NCBI RefSeq assembly: GCF_006345805.1
Contig: NC_043012.1
Coordinates: 2,480,001-2,544,000, forward strand
Direction: 5' to 3'
From: Octopus sinensis
Taxonomy: Eukaryota
Length of the DNA: 64,000 nucleotides
The translations under genes and the position numbers were made by a program. The stretch's first letter is position 1. Each line of letters begins with the position of its first letter. This document shows positions 62,945 through 64,000 of this stretch, piece by piece. Under the pieces are notes generated by a model. That model saw only the letters and a program-made list of their open reading frames with translations. It searched no databases and was not told where the DNA came from.

Positions 62945-63421
62945 TTCTTTCTCTTGCTTGTCATCTCACTGTGGCCATGATGGAGCACCACCTTAAAAAT
63001 TTTTTAGTCAAAGAAATTGACCCTAGGACTTATTCTTCATAAGCCTAGAACTATCAGTCTCTTTTGCCAAACTGCTAAGTTACAGGGACATAAACATACA
63101 ATGGCGGTGCCCCAGCATGGCCACAGCTCATTAGCTGAAACTGGAAAAATCAAAATCAAAAATCATACCAATATTATTTGTCAAGTGATGGTTGGTGGGG
63201 GGCAAACACAAATATATACAGATATATAAACATACAGATATATATACACACACACACACGCACACACACATATATGATGGGCTTCTTTCAATTTCTGTCT
63301 ACCAAATCCACTCACAAGGCTATAATGAAAGAGATTTGTCCACGCTGCCACACAGTGAGACTGAACCTGTAACCATGTGGTTGGGAAGCAAGCTTCTTAC
63401 CACACAACCACACCTGCACCT
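62945..63421 (-). mobile_element. SINE family A with an inverted tail fragment inserted at ~63100-63160
   Basis: ggcggtgccccagcatggccacagctc appears in the opposite orientation inside the element. Confidence 0.8.
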
Positions 63422-63496
63422 ATGTGGACAAACAAGAGAGCGTTGACACATTTCGTAGGGGTTACACATATTTTAACTGTTATTACGTGAAAAAGT

Positions 63497-64000
63497 TTTA
63501 TCTTTTACTTGTTCCAGTCACTGGACTGTGGCTATGCTGCCTAAGCCCCACACTGAAAGGTTTAGTCAAACAAATTCCCTTCCCCCCACGCCCCACCTCC
63601 AGTTCTTGTTTTTTAAAGTCTGGTACTTACTCTGTCAGTTCTCTTTTGCCAAACCACTAGCTTACGGGAACATAAACAAACCAATATTGGTTGTCGAGTG
63701 TGTGTGTGTGTTTGCCGTCATGGCTCTTCCTGTCACCATCCCTCCTTGTCTGTTTCTAAGTAAGGTAATATTTTCCCATGGCCAGACATGCTTTTGCAGC
63801 ATATTGGAAATGAATGAAATTCATTTACTACAATCACAATGACAAGAGAGGATTGGTGGGTGGGTGGGCGGAGACAGACAGACAGACACACACACAGAGG
63901 CTTCTTTCAGTTTCTGTCTCTTGAATCCACCCATAAGACCTTGGTTGGTCTGAGACTATGATACAAGACACTTACCCAAGGGGCCACACCAGGACTTAAC
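63497..64000 (-). mobile_element. Fragmented SINE family A/C pieces
   Basis: Tail at ~63497-63697 and head portion at ~63895-64000. Confidence 0.6.

Overview
AT-rich eukaryotic non-coding DNA, dense in microsatellites and short interspersed repeats. The repeat families look like those of an Octopus (coleoid cephalopod) genome; this is inferred from recognition, not from a search. No intact long ORF is present, and nearly all listed ORFs are read-throughs of microsatellites or SINEs. The window is dominated by a tRNA-derived SINE with an internal (TA/TG)n tract (family A), a second tRNA-derived SINE that forms head-to-tail arrays (family B), a (GAT)n-tailed element (family C) and an old (AAC)n-tailed element (family D). 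It also holds TTAA-flanked piggyBac-type MITEs, hAT and mariner MITEs, a Helentron-associated (HINE-like) element and short LINE remnants (CR1, RTE, possibly Dong/R4). Four things stand out. (1) Three clear and one weaker minimal type-I hammerhead ribozyme motifs with covarying stems lie in Penelope-like fragments; all carry probably inactivating core mutations. (2) A candidate 2-nt microexon or recursive-splice site (CAG-AG-GTAAGT) follows a ~130-nt AG-free tract at 49139. (3) Two small minus-strand exons splice into an in-frame C-terminus ending in a PDZ-type motif (26728-26905). (4) Three short local templated duplications each copied a transposon fragment together with its unique flank. 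Repeat boundaries are approximate and all exon calls are unconfirmed.
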